From a virus, in IMG/VR virus record IMGVR_UViG_3300023174_000068, positions 32,001 through 96,000 of that record: a DNA stretch of 64,000 nt, one strand, 5' to 3'. The notes under the pieces were generated by a model. That model saw only the letters and a list, made by a program, of their open reading frames with translations, made no database searches and was not told the DNA's origin. Position 1 is the first letter of the stretch. Every line of letters begins with the position of its first letter. A program made the translations under genes and the position numbers. Below, piece by piece: positions 8,701 through 17,814 of this stretch.

Positions 8701-11601
8701 AGGGTCAGTTGAATTTATCGTATACGTTTGCTGAGAAGTGAAATTAGAAACATCCCAAACATCAACTCTGGCCGCATTATCATAACTAATATACATATCA
8801 CCGTTGATTGGATTTAGTTCCATATCAAAGGCATTCCAGCTTGGATTACTAAATGTAATACTAGATACTAGAGTATTTGATGTTGGATCAACTACATATA
8901 AGTTTTGCTTTGATAAGCAATACAGGTAGCTGTTTTTAGTGTTGAATCTCATTTCAATGCTTTGGGTATTACCCGGGAGTGAAACAGTTGCTATGATGTT
9001 ACCATAAAATGCATCAACTGCCACAAGGTAATCACCAAATCCATAAATAGAGTTACTTAATTCAATATAATCCAGGTCAACAAGTCCAGGTATAGCAGTA
9101 TAGTCATTTTGTGTATAGACATTATTAGTAGTAATATAATAAGTGGTAAATGATTTGAAAGCCGAACTAAACATTTGCGGGTTATACGGACCGGCACCAC
9201 TACTTGTAATAGAAATTGGAACCACGCAAGCAGTTTGTCCAAAACCAGTATCAAACGCCAGTGTTTGAAACGCAGATGTATTACAAGGGTTTCCAGTCAG
9301 TCCCCAAAAAGGTCCCTGATAGCTTAAATTTAATGTCTTTGGATTTAAATATTGAATCACATAATCTTGGTTCATCCAGGTATAGAAGGTGTTGTTAATT
9401 GTAAACGCCATTCCGGTTGCAAAACCTTCTGTTAAAAAACTATATGTCGATGACTGGGGCAATATCACTTCATTCGATGCCACTACAACTCCGGGATTTC
9501 CGGTGAGTAACTTTTTAATTTTGTAATCTTCGATTCCAGGTAAATTAACTTTACCAGTAGTTATCACATAGTCTAGGTTTTGAATAGGATTTAATATATC
9601 AAACGTCAGAATAGAATTAAAATTTGTAATTTGCACTAAATGGTTTTCAAGCACAGTTTGGCTGTGTTGAGATTCCCAATTTGCTAAAGTTAACGGAACA
9701 TTTGGTAGCGAATTTGTACCAATAACGGATTGAACGCCATAGTCGTCTCCATCTATGTTAATATTGAAATAAGTACCCATGTTAAAAAAGGTAACCTTAG
9801 AATGTTCGATATAATAAGCGGCGCTTGTTCCGACTTTTATTGATGTTACATCTACTTCTACATTTGGATATTCAGACTTAATCACAATAGTGTTAAAAAA
9901 TACTGAATTAAATGTGCCAGTATATTTCAATTCGGCAATTATACCTAGTTTTAAAAGGTCAATAGTCCACCTGGATAACCAATTTCTTAAAGTTCTGTCG
10001 ATGGTTCTTTCCATATCAAGATAAGCCCCTGTATAAATTAAAACCGTTTGCTCTTCATAAACTTGACCACCTATAACAATCTTAAATCCATAGTTATCTA
10101 AGTCAGTAAAGACAATATTAATTTTTTTATTTTCAGAATAGTCGTAATTTAACTCAGCGGTAACTTCTTCTTTGACACCTACTATTCTTTCTTTGGTCTG
10201 CAGAGATTGACCAATCGAATGTGTTGGTGAGAGTTGGTCAAAGTAAAAATTAACCTCAGCATATTTTGATGGCCAAATCAAATCAGCTCTGAGTTGGTTG
10301 TTTTGATAAAAAAGATCTATATCAAAAATCTTAGCACCAGAGCTGTATAATTGAGCAAATTGGGCTAAAGTTGTCTCAGCTGAATAAGTCCAACCAAGTG
10401 TGTAGTAAAACTTATCAGTGGTTAGATAGATTTGAGCAGATAATAAATTTTCATAAGTAAATGAATCGGTAATCTTTATATAAGTTGGTTTACTCCAGTA
10501 TTGTCCGTTTTCTGGAGTGATAAAAGATGTAGCTAAGTTGGAAATACTTTGTGTATATGCCTGTATACATTCGTATATTTTTCCATTCCAAATAGCCTGT
10601 GACTGTGTGGCAAAATAGGTTGTCTGTGAGATAGTTCTAAAGTCGAAAATATCATCAACTGTAAAAAAGTTTTGATTTGCGGAAATCTGAGGTCCAATTA
10701 TTTTAATTTCGGTTCCAGGTCTTAAATTTACCGGAAATTTATAAATATCACCAATCAATATCTTAGATTGTGTTAAAGTTAGTGGACCTTGATAGAGAAG
10801 TGGAACTTCTGTTCGAGTTAATATCTCCATAATCAACGTGGAGTTTATAGGAAGTTGAGACTTATCAACAGAATATTCAAAATGACTAAGATCACCGTAG
10901 TTAGGATTATCAACTGTCAGTATTTTATCATCATTTTTACTACCAACAACATTTAATTTTCGATTTACATAATACTTATCGAAAAATTCAGGCTCATTCC
11001 AATTTGAAAGTTTTGGGAAATAGTTTGGCTGTATATAATCATAGACACCAAAAGCATTTATTCCAGAAATAGTTGTGGTGGAAAAATTGTCCGGATCTGA
11101 ATAAATTGAATAATATTGCGCTTCAAAGGTTGCGTTATCAACTAAAGAAAGTATCATAATTCTATCACTTGAACTGGCCAGAACTGTGTAGACTTGGTTA
11201 ATGTTAATAAATTCTAAGATTGTATTGTTGAATTTTATGAGACTACCTTTAGGAAATTTTCTACCAATGTCTTTTCCATATATCCACTTTGAATAGAATT
11301 TTGGATCATTATTTGTTGGTTCTATTCTTATAATAGATTCAGCATCTACGTATTTTGAACCCCAGAAGTGAAATCCTCTCTCGTTAAAAAGTTGCCATTT
11401 TTTTGTCGTCAATTCACCCACCGATTCAAATTCAAAACTTGGGATATTCTCTAAAGTATACAACGCGGCTGTCTTATAAGTATCAGTGGAACTTTCATGG
11501 AATAAGATGTCACCTTCAAAACGATCAGTTGATTGATTGTATTCTATGTTTAGGTGATCACCTTCTTTATTAAAAAATCTTAAATTTAAGTGGTTTGACA
11601 T
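5797..11601 (-). CDS. Large baseplate/receptor-binding structural protein
   Basis: 1934 aa. Beta-propeller-like repeats (YVVDPTSNTLVSSI, IIFNPERNSVW), a wedge-like motif GAYKSIINAINYFGY, and C-terminal CBM-like motifs (EWAPYVTYQTGDKVFYYDKIY, WKSGVSYQPATVVKY). Confidence 0.65.
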   Translation of the reverse strand: MSNHLNLRFFNKEGDHLNIEYNQSTDRFEGDILFHESSTDTYKTAALYTLENIPSFEFESVGELTTKKWQLFNERGFHFWGSKYVDAESIIRIEPTNNDPKFYSKWIYGKDIGRKFPKGSLIKFNNTILEFININQVYTVLASSSDRIMILSLVDNATFEAQYYSIYSDPDNFSTTTISGINAFGVYDYIQPNYFPKLSNWNEPEFFDKYYVNRKLNVVGSKNDDKILTVDNPNYGDLSHFEYSVDKSQLPINSTLIMEILTRTEVPLLYQGPLTLTQSKILIGDIYKFPVNLRPGTEIKIIGPQISANQNFFTVDDIFDFRTISQTTYFATQSQAIWNGKIYECIQAYTQSISNLATSFITPENGQYWSKPTYIKITDSFTYENLLSAQIYLTTDKFYYTLGWTYSAETTLAQFAQLYSSGAKIFDIDLFYQNNQLRADLIWPSKYAEVNFYFDQLSPTHSIGQSLQTKERIVGVKEEVTAELNYDYSENKKINIVFTDLDNYGFKIVIGGQVYEEQTVLIYTGAYLDMERTIDRTLRNWLSRWTIDLLKLGIIAELKYTGTFNSVFFNTIVIKSEYPNVEVDVTSIKVGTSAAYYIEHSKVTFFNMGTYFNINIDGDDYGVQSVIGTNSLPNVPLTLANWESQHSQTVLENHLVQITNFNSILTFDILNPIQNLDYVITTGKVNLPGIEDYKIKKLLTGNPGVVVASNEVILPQSSTYSFLTEGFATGMAFTINNTFYTWMNQDYVIQYLNPKTLNLSYQGPFWGLTGNPCNTSAFQTLAFDTGFGQTACVVPISITSSGAGPYNPQMFSSAFKSFTTYYITTNNVYTQNDYTAIPGLVDLDYIELSNSIYGFGDYLVAVDAFYGNIIATVSLPGNTQSIEMRFNTKNSYLYCLSKQNLYVVDPTSNTLVSSITFSNPSWNAFDMELNPINGDMYISYDNAARVDVWDVSNFTSQQTYTINSTDPLFPIGVTRTGAMVFNDFEGDMYITTDANNVLRVNGGVTDNFPTNPTDRSIQTVYNIPGLTNSIFYDPVYEAIYTWGSASIYKIDNSQVTQISGITTQNFVDVIYNNLTNQIDISDSSGKFTMLDVGFDTFKQSYVTQWGYQVINQYDGDVYISSQSLNTIFVVTPNFGQIKHVESFGSQTGRIIFNPERNSVWSIQPQLNKFVEIDVEINLNLIPTGNTFSAIGDNQYGTLHPDYVPRKSIWLKTREYYRRPRENFEGDVAVQYYWRWLTDQVPEFFLYDFSGNQLAKTGPYAYTGEKPLQNIVLNKLPNTDKSRVSFSAYQQTVFEEINFDLSYLDDLNDFEVESESLELFIGYKSETAGALRSVLQLFKREDIDFYIMSDSLTTISIETITSPTTRTGRISISETSSENFTGRGLKIGQRIVIYINDTTNVRGQYTSENNGTIVVIKNVFTKVLIVDFLDQSFDYFYPESTKLINFPKYGSTTYLRLRIQVVDREIGRFITYGQSEEEDERFKIELNNVGKLIDPNHVFIFKDYDINEGGIDWTFLNKKRKEMLMVKNDIFPYVGAYKSIINAINYFGYNDLQLNEYYKYNDSTDPNFGKLFKVEIPDIFDNTVKGWERRDFIEKMLPSEKYKGTNNFNLTYKITDKEGNYILNYDLDEIIIKLQGLKYWLKRNIIPLTHNITDITGDSWTSGDNQISHEVYDCQIFSIREQMTPITFKLNELYLQPVNSGSTVYNCVLDFYSIIAGTGSNVNPNNIRDIAGELIKKALPNNDFVDRLTHPDIFDIKIRTYKVYKEWAPYVTYQTGDKVFYYDKIYESQKDNNRINNPRKYESALLWKSGVSYQPATVVKYQQDYYVSSGLGSTQSATPASDPNNWLKITEWKQINYEPVQYIEEQRLGNMLQPFNFSIDSNLDPYLTIEVVSHSGRGAIWRDKKNYFIRGLKDLVEPYRLIDNVGPFVPITPVV

Positions 11602-11670
11602 TAAAACGACTAATTTCAGTTATATATTAATTTGAGTGCTTCTTAATATCAAAAAAATAATATATACATC

Positions 11671-12027
11671 ATGGCCAAAATAAGAAACTACCAGGGTTTT
11701 ATTAATGAAGGATTTTATAGAAAATTGAACTCCAAAAAGAAAGTTTCAGTTGAGTTAGACCAAACTGTTAAAAAAATTTTAGACACTTTGGCTGAATATG
11801 ATATTTACAGTTGGGATGATTTCATATCCTCCAATAAAATCGATAGATATCTAATTGATAAAATTATAGACAATTCTACAAAAAACATGAAAGAATTACA
11901 AGAAGTCAGATTCAAATTAAGAGTTGAATTATCTAATACAAATCAATTACGGGAATATCTAAAGGAGTTAGAAGAAATGGAAGATTACGAAAAATGCGCT
12001 CTTATTGTAAAAAAATTGAGTTCATAA
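11671..12027 (+). CDS. Hypothetical protein with capsid-targeting-like leader and UVR-like C-terminus
   Basis: N-terminus MAKIRNYQGFINE; C-terminus LEEMEDYEKCALI. Confidence 0.7.
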   Translation: MAKIRNYQGFINEGFYRKLNSKKKVSVELDQTVKKILDTLAEYDIYSWDDFISSNKIDRYLIDKIIDNSTKNMKELQEVRFKLRVELSNTNQLREYLKELEEMEDYEKCALIVKKLSS

Positions 12028-12042
12028 ATTAATAAATAAACT

Positions 12043-12954
12043 ATGAAAGTTAAAAAAGTTCAAGATTTAGAACAACAAATGGGATTTTCTGCAACTTCTA
12101 TGAATATAGATAAATCTAAACCTTCTATCAAGACATCTACAGATGAGTTAAATAAAAAAGAAAAGAAAAACCAAAAACGAAATAAAATTCATAAATTCGA
12201 AGCCTTTATTGACATTCACATTGATAACATAGAAAACCTAAAAATTGGTTATAAAAATGACCAATCTAATGAATTTGATGCTGATTATGAAGAAGAAGCA
12301 GAAGCTTCAGGCTGTGGTTGTTGTAGCGTCTGCACGGGACTATCAGATTGTGACTGTGGATGTGATGATTGCAAGTGTGATGAGTTAGAAGATGATTCTG
12401 ATTTAAGTCCAACAGAAGACCTAATGTATCACATCATAAATTCTATTCCGGTAACAGAGAGTGTGTTTAGACCTGGATCTAAAAAGTTTTATTCCACTAT
12501 TAAACAGGCTAGAAAACTATTTGAACGGGGATTAATTGAGTTGTCTAAAATAGACAAAGAACTTTTTGAAACAACCGATATGGGTAAATTTGCTTACTTC
12601 AATGGTGAATTAGTTCCATTAGATTTACCGATGGAAAATATAGTAGAATTAAATGAAGCTGAATACAAAGGTAAAGAAGTTAAATTAAATCACCCAATGA
12701 GAAACTCCGGTGATGGGAAAAAATACTTTGTATATGTTAAGGACTCTAAGTCTGGAAAAGTAATAAAAATAAACTTTGGTGATGTTAAAGGAGGACTGAC
12801 GGCCAAGGTAAGTGATCCAAAAGCAAGAAAATCATTTGCGGCTAGACACCAGTGTCATTTGAAGAAAGATAAAACTAAAGCTGGGTACTGGAGCTGTAGA
12901 CTCAATAAATTTGGTCATCTTTTTGGCGGACGCACTTATCCCGGATTCTGGTAA
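12043..12954 (+). CDS. Hypothetical protein with Cys-rich segment and conserved phage C-terminal domain
   Basis: Contains CGCCSVCTGLSDCDCGCDDCKC. C-terminal KINFGD...ARKSFAARHQC...AGYWSC pattern recalled from T4-like phages. Confidence 0.75.
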   Translation: MKVKKVQDLEQQMGFSATSMNIDKSKPSIKTSTDELNKKEKKNQKRNKIHKFEAFIDIHIDNIENLKIGYKNDQSNEFDADYEEEAEASGCGCCSVCTGLSDCDCGCDDCKCDELEDDSDLSPTEDLMYHIINSIPVTESVFRPGSKKFYSTIKQARKLFERGLIELSKIDKELFETTDMGKFAYFNGELVPLDLPMENIVELNEAEYKGKEVKLNHPMRNSGDGKKYFVYVKDSKSGKVIKINFGDVKGGLTAKVSDPKARKSFAARHQCHLKKDKTKAGYWSCRLNKFGHLFGGRTYPGFW

Positions 12955-12977
12955 TCCAAAAATTCAGTAAGTAAAAT

Positions 12978-13253
12978 ATGTCATTGCCTTTTCAAGAAAC
13001 TAAACTAGAGAATAATATATTTATAAGAGAGTTCAGTCATGACACTGACTCTGGTGAATTTGTTTGGCACAGAGACCGCGAATCTCGTATAATAGAACCT
13101 ATTGGTGAAACAGATTGGTTAATACAGTTAGACAATGAACTTCCGAAAAAGATTGAAGGTAAAATATTCATCCCAGTCGGAATTTATCACAGATTAATAA
13201 AGGGGACTGGTGATTTACAGATTAAACTGGAAAAGAAGAATGACCGAATCTAA
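12978..13253 (+). CDS. Small cupin-like protein
   Basis: WHRDRE...IFIPVGIYHRL is a cupin-type His pattern. Confidence 0.6.
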   Translation: MSLPFQETKLENNIFIREFSHDTDSGEFVWHRDRESRIIEPIGETDWLIQLDNELPKKIEGKIFIPVGIYHRLIKGTGDLQIKLEKKNDRI

Positions 13254-13410
13254 GTTTGATAAACTTATTTAGCTCAATACACTTTTCGAACTCCTCCAAC
13301 ATTTCAAGTTCTTTAACGACTTTTCTTAGATATTTTTCTGTATAGATTTTAAGTTCTTTTGAATATGGTTTATCACCCATGCACCTTTCAAATACCTCAA
13401 TTGCATTCAT
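13222..13410 (-). CDS. Small hypothetical protein with UVR-like motif
   Basis: LEMLEEFEKCIEL; starts directly after the gp47-like gene. Confidence 0.6.
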   Translation of the reverse strand: MNAIEVFERCMGDKPYSKELKIYTEKYLRKVVKELEMLEEFEKCIELNKFIKLRFGHSSFPV

Positions 13411-13411
13411 T

Positions 13412-14530
13412 TTAATCGTTTTGTGTGTTATAATTTTCTTTGTATATCTTAATTATCTCTTCATACTCTAAAACTACCCCGGATTTGAATTTTTCATTGT
13501 CATAGTTTTGTTTTAGAATATATTCTTTAACATAATCTTCATAATCTAAGGCAATTGATATTTCATTAGGCTCTACTTGCTTTTCCGCGGCAGATGGGTC
13601 TTCCCCATCAACTAATTCTTTTGTAATATCATCGATGTACTCAACCGAAGCAAAATTACTCTTTTCAAGAATTATCTCTAACTTTCTTCTCAACTTTCTA
13701 TTTGATATTAACAGATTATTCGAAATTGAAATATCAATGTAGTCTTTTGATGTTTTTAAATCATCTAACTTATCTATATCTTCTTCATTAATGACTCTGA
13801 ATTTTCTAAATATAGGGGAGTATGTATTTGGTATAAAATCAATTTCATCCGTATTTAGATCCAATACAGTAATTCCCTTTTGGTCACCCATATCATTTCT
13901 ATCCATTTGATAAAGTGAACCGATAAACTCGAAGTTTGAATTAATTTGCCTAATATGCACATGACCTGAGAAAACACGTTTAAATCTACTAAATTCATCC
14001 ACATCTATTTTATCAGGATTTCTGTGAGCTACTGAATTCAAGTGCATTCTACACCCGTTTAAGTCAGAGTGACAAAATAAATAATCACCAGTATTTGACT
14101 GTATCTCTTTAATCATATCAAGTCTTTTCTCTACCCAAGGCATTAATATTAAATCTTTATCATTTATTGTTATCTTAGTTGTTTTTTCAAAAACACTTAT
14201 TCTATCATTTAAGTAACTATAAATTCTAACGGAATTTACCTCATTACTTCCTTTATTAAACAAGTCATGATTACCAACCATTATATACATTGGTATAACT
14301 TCTGATATATCTTTTAATATCTTCTCTACTTTATTCAAAACGTTTATAGGAATCGATGTTCTATTATCAAATAGATCACCAAGGTGTATTAGTATATCAC
14401 CTTCTTTTACATTTTTTTTCAACTCTGGTATTAAAAAGTTATACATAGTTGATTCCATCATTTTCAACCATCTATCCAAATTATTTAAATAGATACCGAA
14501 GTGGGTATCTGTTATCATATATACTTTCAT
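13412..14530 (-). CDS. gp47: Recombination nuclease, gp47/SbcD/Mre11-like metallophosphoesterase
   Basis: Motifs DTHFG, GDLFD, GNHD, SGHVH and GS. Confidence 0.88.
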   Translation of the reverse strand: MKVYMITDTHFGIYLNNLDRWLKMMESTMYNFLIPELKKNVKEGDILIHLGDLFDNRTSIPINVLNKVEKILKDISEVIPMYIMVGNHDLFNKGSNEVNSVRIYSYLNDRISVFEKTTKITINDKDLILMPWVEKRLDMIKEIQSNTGDYLFCHSDLNGCRMHLNSVAHRNPDKIDVDEFSRFKRVFSGHVHIRQINSNFEFIGSLYQMDRNDMGDQKGITVLDLNTDEIDFIPNTYSPIFRKFRVINEEDIDKLDDLKTSKDYIDISISNNLLISNRKLRRKLEIILEKSNFASVEYIDDITKELVDGEDPSAAEKQVEPNEISIALDYEDYVKEYILKQNYDNEKFKSGVVLEYEEIIKIYKENYNTQND

Positions 14531-14538
14531 TTTAAATA

Positions 14539-15270
14539 TTAATTTTTATATTTCCATCTAAAACCATTTGATGATTTTCTTTGACCTTTACAAACTTGAA
14601 CAATTTTACCATTATGAGTTTTTGTTAATTCTGCGGCCTCTTTTATTGATTTAAATTCAGCAATAAAGTTACCATCAATATCCATTTGTATTATCTCTCG
14701 TTCATAGTTACCAAAGTGCATCATTTTTTCTATAAAATCAATTGGTATTTTTTCCAGATAACCATCTTTTTTATATCTCCATATAAACTTACCAGCGGTT
14801 TTTCTAACACCTCGACAACAAGGGCCTACATTTATAACACCAGTGTTAGCAACAGCTTCTCCAACTGAAGAAAATTCTTTAATGAAAACACCGTCCAATC
14901 CATATTGCAAAACAGGTACATCAGAGTATCCTTGACCACCTTCAACCACATTTGATAATGGTCCATTACCCTCTGTTACCCTACCAATTTTAGAAATCAC
15001 ATACTTTTCATATTCAAATGCCTCACTCTCTGATAAATTCTCTTTAATTTTTAAAGATTTAATTTCCATATTGTTTTGGTGGATTTTATTTATTATATTG
15101 TTTTTAATAGTATTGTTTTTTATATCTTTTAAAGATGATTTAATTCTATCATTAATTCCCCTACCAACATAAAAAGGTTGATAGTTAAAATATAACCCAT
15201 CAGCATAATCAAATATTCCCGGTTTATCTCCTCTTAAAAAGATATATACATAAAAATTATTAGTAAGCAT
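14539..15270 (-). mobile_element. Free-standing GIY-YIG homing endonuclease with two NUMOD1-type domains
   Basis: FYVYIF...FYVGRG N-terminus. Two QY/MxxDGxFIxEFxSxxEA...CxGxRK...GKFIW/GFRW repeats. Confidence 0.8.
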
Positions 15271-15299
15271 GATTTTTATATAAAAAAGGTCGTGATTAC

Positions 15300-15641
15300 C
15301 TATTCATTTTGTTTTCTCTTTGCTTCTCTAGCACACTTTTCACATCCACTCCCGGCATAAAGGTGAGCATTAGGAGTCTGGCTAAATTCACCGTGGTGAG
15401 GACACATTATTATGACTTTAGTTCTACAATTTTGATAAATTACTAATTCATAATTATATTTGAAATTATGAATAATGTTAGACCTATAGATAAAGTCTCT
15501 GCTTTTTTTACTCTTTCTATTTAATGATTTCAATTCTTTAGATATTGAGACTTCTTTTGACTTACAACTTTTATTGCAGTATTTTCTATCCGGTCTTCCC
15601 CAATTTATCTTTTTTCCACAATATCTATAATGGCAGTTCAT
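15300..15641 (-). CDS. Zn-finger plus homing-endonuclease-associated (DUF723-like) DNA-binding protein, no nuclease domain
   Basis: CHYRYC...YCNKSC, then YNYELVIYQNCRTKVIIMCPHHGEFSQTPNAHLYAGSGCEKC. Start may instead be at 15671. Confidence 0.65.
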   Translation of the reverse strand: MNCHYRYCGKKINWGRPDRKYCNKSCKSKEVSISKELKSLNRKSKKSRDFIYRSNIIHNFKYNYELVIYQNCRTKVIIMCPHHGEFSQTPNAHLYAGSGCEKCAREAKRKQNE

Positions 15642-15664
15642 AGTATTATTTATTAAAAGTGGAA

Positions 15665-15700
15665 ATGGCATTTTTTACAACATAATTTAAAAATTGCCAT
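15665..15700. promoter_or_regulatory. Imperfect inverted repeat in a divergent promoter region
   Basis: ATGGCATTTTT...AAAAATTGCCAT between the Zn-finger gene and the tail tube gene. Confidence 0.35.
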
Positions 15701-15753
15701 ATAAAGAGAATTATGTGAGTAATATATAAAGTACAAAAAAAATAATTACTACT

Positions 15754-16371
15754 ATGCCACTACCACATTTTGCAAACGTTATAAACGCCGGAGCACCAGG
15801 GGGACCAGGTACCTCACCAGACGAAATTGTGTATTTGAACCTTTTTGAAATTACGTTCATTTTACCAGTTGCTTTACAAGCTAACAGAAATGCTATTTTG
15901 CTTCTTCAAAATGCAACTAAAATTGACTTAAATCTAACAGAGTTTGACGTAACAGCTAAACCACAAAGATTTAAATATTCTACTAGAATGTTTATGACAC
16001 CTCCAACAAAGACAGATGGAACTTTAAGTATTCCATTTCAAGTAAATGTTAATCAGTCTGGTTCGATGGAAACTTGGAACACTCTTAAAGCTTGGTATGA
16101 TTTAGTATTTAACTCTCAAAACGGTTCTACTTTTTACAAGTCCGATATCATTGGAACTATTATTGTAAACCAACACGATAAAAAAGGTGTTGTTCTAAGA
16201 AGAGTGACTTTTCAAAATGTTCAGATAACTAAAATCGGTGGATATTCTTTAGATTGGTCACAAAATAGCATCATAGAAAACGCAACTGCCGATTTTGTTT
16301 ACGACTACTTTATCGACGAATATATCGATAATGGATATGCTATCAATCCGGGTATTATCTCTGGATATTAA
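15754..16371 (+). CDS. gp19: Tail tube protein (gp19-like)
   Basis: NLFEITF, AWYDLVFN, YKSDIIG, LDWS and ADFVYDYF are typical of contractile tail tube proteins. Confidence 0.8.
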   Translation: MPLPHFANVINAGAPGGPGTSPDEIVYLNLFEITFILPVALQANRNAILLLQNATKIDLNLTEFDVTAKPQRFKYSTRMFMTPPTKTDGTLSIPFQVNVNQSGSMETWNTLKAWYDLVFNSQNGSTFYKSDIIGTIIVNQHDKKGVVLRRVTFQNVQITKIGGYSLDWSQNSIIENATADFVYDYFIDEYIDNGYAINPGIISGY

Positions 16372-16394
16372 TAATTTTGAAAATTTCAATTTAC

Positions 16395-16428
16395 AAAAAA
16401 GCCCATCTTTTAGATGGGCTTTTGTTTT
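16395..16428. terminator. Bidirectional intrinsic terminator
   Basis: AAAAAA-GCCCATCT-ttt-AGATGGGC-TTTT between convergent genes. Confidence 0.85.
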
Positions 16429-16668
16429 TTAGAGTGATGGCATGTTAAAGTTTGGCATTTTGAAGTTGTTGGCCACTGAATTGTAATCGGGTAATTTTTG
16501 ATTTCCTTCCTGTTTTTTTCTATCTTTCTCTTCTTCTTCAATTAGCTCATTTACTAATTTTATATTTTCTTCAAACAACCAGAATGGCCATAAATCAATT
16601 GACCATTCTTGAAGTCTCCAATGTTTTTGCAACATTAATTTATTCTTTAATAAATGAGTCAAAGGCAT
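16429..16668 (-). CDS. gp51-like baseplate hub assembly protein
   Basis: LMLQKHWRLQEWSIDLWPFWLFEENIKLVNELIEEE resembles the small gene that follows gp26 in T4-like phages. Overlaps the 3' end of the upstream gene. Confidence 0.55.
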   Translation of the reverse strand: MPLTHLLKNKLMLQKHWRLQEWSIDLWPFWLFEENIKLVNELIEEEEKDRKKQEGNQKLPDYNSVANNFKMPNFNMPSL

Positions 16669-17587
16669 CTGAAATAACGAAAACACCTGAGGCTCCGTCG
16701 GGAAATTGCATGTCAGTGCGGACCTCCTGACCACACTCGCAAAGTGATTTTATTTGTGAAATACCGATTGTCATTTTATTTACCGCTGCGTTCAAAAATT
16801 GAAAAGAAATGTCATCCATTTCTTCAAATTCCCGCAATTTAGCTTTAATTCCGTCATAGGTTATTGATGATCTACCAGCTAACATAAAAGGAATTATTTT
16901 CAAAAAAGAAAGATTTGGTGTTCGTTTCTCCTGATTTTCTTTAACGATATAATCAGTAAATGCTTTTTGAAGACCAATATTAGGTGGTGTCAATTCAAAA
17001 TATTTTCCATTTACAGTGCTAAAATTAAAAGTTCTAGATGATAGGCTGAAGTATTTTTCTAACTTAGCATCTTGTTCGTGAAAAACAAAGTTCTTTCGGG
17101 TTAGTTCGATTTTGACTTCAGAACCACAAGAGCATTTAGTAGTAACTGCTAGAGCATTTCCCTGTTGAAAAGTTAACTCTCTGATAAGAAATATTAAAAA
17201 TAATCTATCTTGATCTTTAATTTCGAGATAGGAAGCAATTTTTCCATCTGGATATTTTACTCGGACACATGCTTGTAACATATCATTCATTTTTTCAACG
17301 ATGTCGTAAAAGTTTGTGTCGTCAACCATTGAATAGGCTTGGATCTCTCTAACTTGAGCCGGTCTAACCATAAATAAAGTTCCGGTTGGATAGTATTTAC
17401 CACAGGGTAATTCTCTAATGTCCATGTTGAAAAATTGTAAATCAGAAGTTCTCGAAGTCGTGTTTTGTTCCACAAAAGGTAGATCATCTGTTTCTATTCC
17501 ATTTTTCACATTATTAGCGTGGTCTAAGTCCTGAAGATGTCTTTTTAGATACTCTTCTTCGGTCATTTCGTTTTTTTTATTTGACAT
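16640..17587 (-). CDS. Baseplate hub subunit / tail assembly chaperone (gp26-like)
   Basis: LPCGKYY, VRPAQVREI and DRLFLIFLIRELT, plus two Cys pairs (CSCG, CECG). Confidence 0.65.
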   Translation of the reverse strand: MSNKKNEMTEEEYLKRHLQDLDHANNVKNGIETDDLPFVEQNTTSRTSDLQFFNMDIRELPCGKYYPTGTLFMVRPAQVREIQAYSMVDDTNFYDIVEKMNDMLQACVRVKYPDGKIASYLEIKDQDRLFLIFLIRELTFQQGNALAVTTKCSCGSEVKIELTRKNFVFHEQDAKLEKYFSLSSRTFNFSTVNGKYFELTPPNIGLQKAFTDYIVKENQEKRTPNLSFLKIIPFMLAGRSSITYDGIKAKLREFEEMDDISFQFLNAAVNKMTIGISQIKSLCECGQEVRTDMQFPDGASGVFVISDAFDSFIKE

Positions 17588-17770
17588 ATTTTTGATAAAT
17601 TAATTTTTTTATATATAAGATATATTATCTTCTCTATTATATAATTTTATTATTGTTAGTTTAGTCAAAATCTGATTGTTTTTTTATTTTTGATGATTAG
17701 GTGTATTAAAAATCAATTTTTTTACCACACACATATCACGGTCTGGTGACACAGCTAATTATTCTTGCAT

Positions 17771-17796
17771 AAAAAAACCCTCAAATTGAGGGTTTT
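17771..17796 (-). terminator. Intrinsic terminator after the sheath gene
   Basis: AAAAAAACCCTCAA-a-TTGAGGGTTTT hairpin. Confidence 0.85.
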
Positions 17797-17814
17797 AATA
17801 TTTTAACTAAGTAT

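Noticed and set aside
17588-17770. Possible ncRNA or small ORF in the gap between the sheath and gp26-like genes
   Set aside because: There is only a short GC-richer patch, with no convincing structure or ORF.
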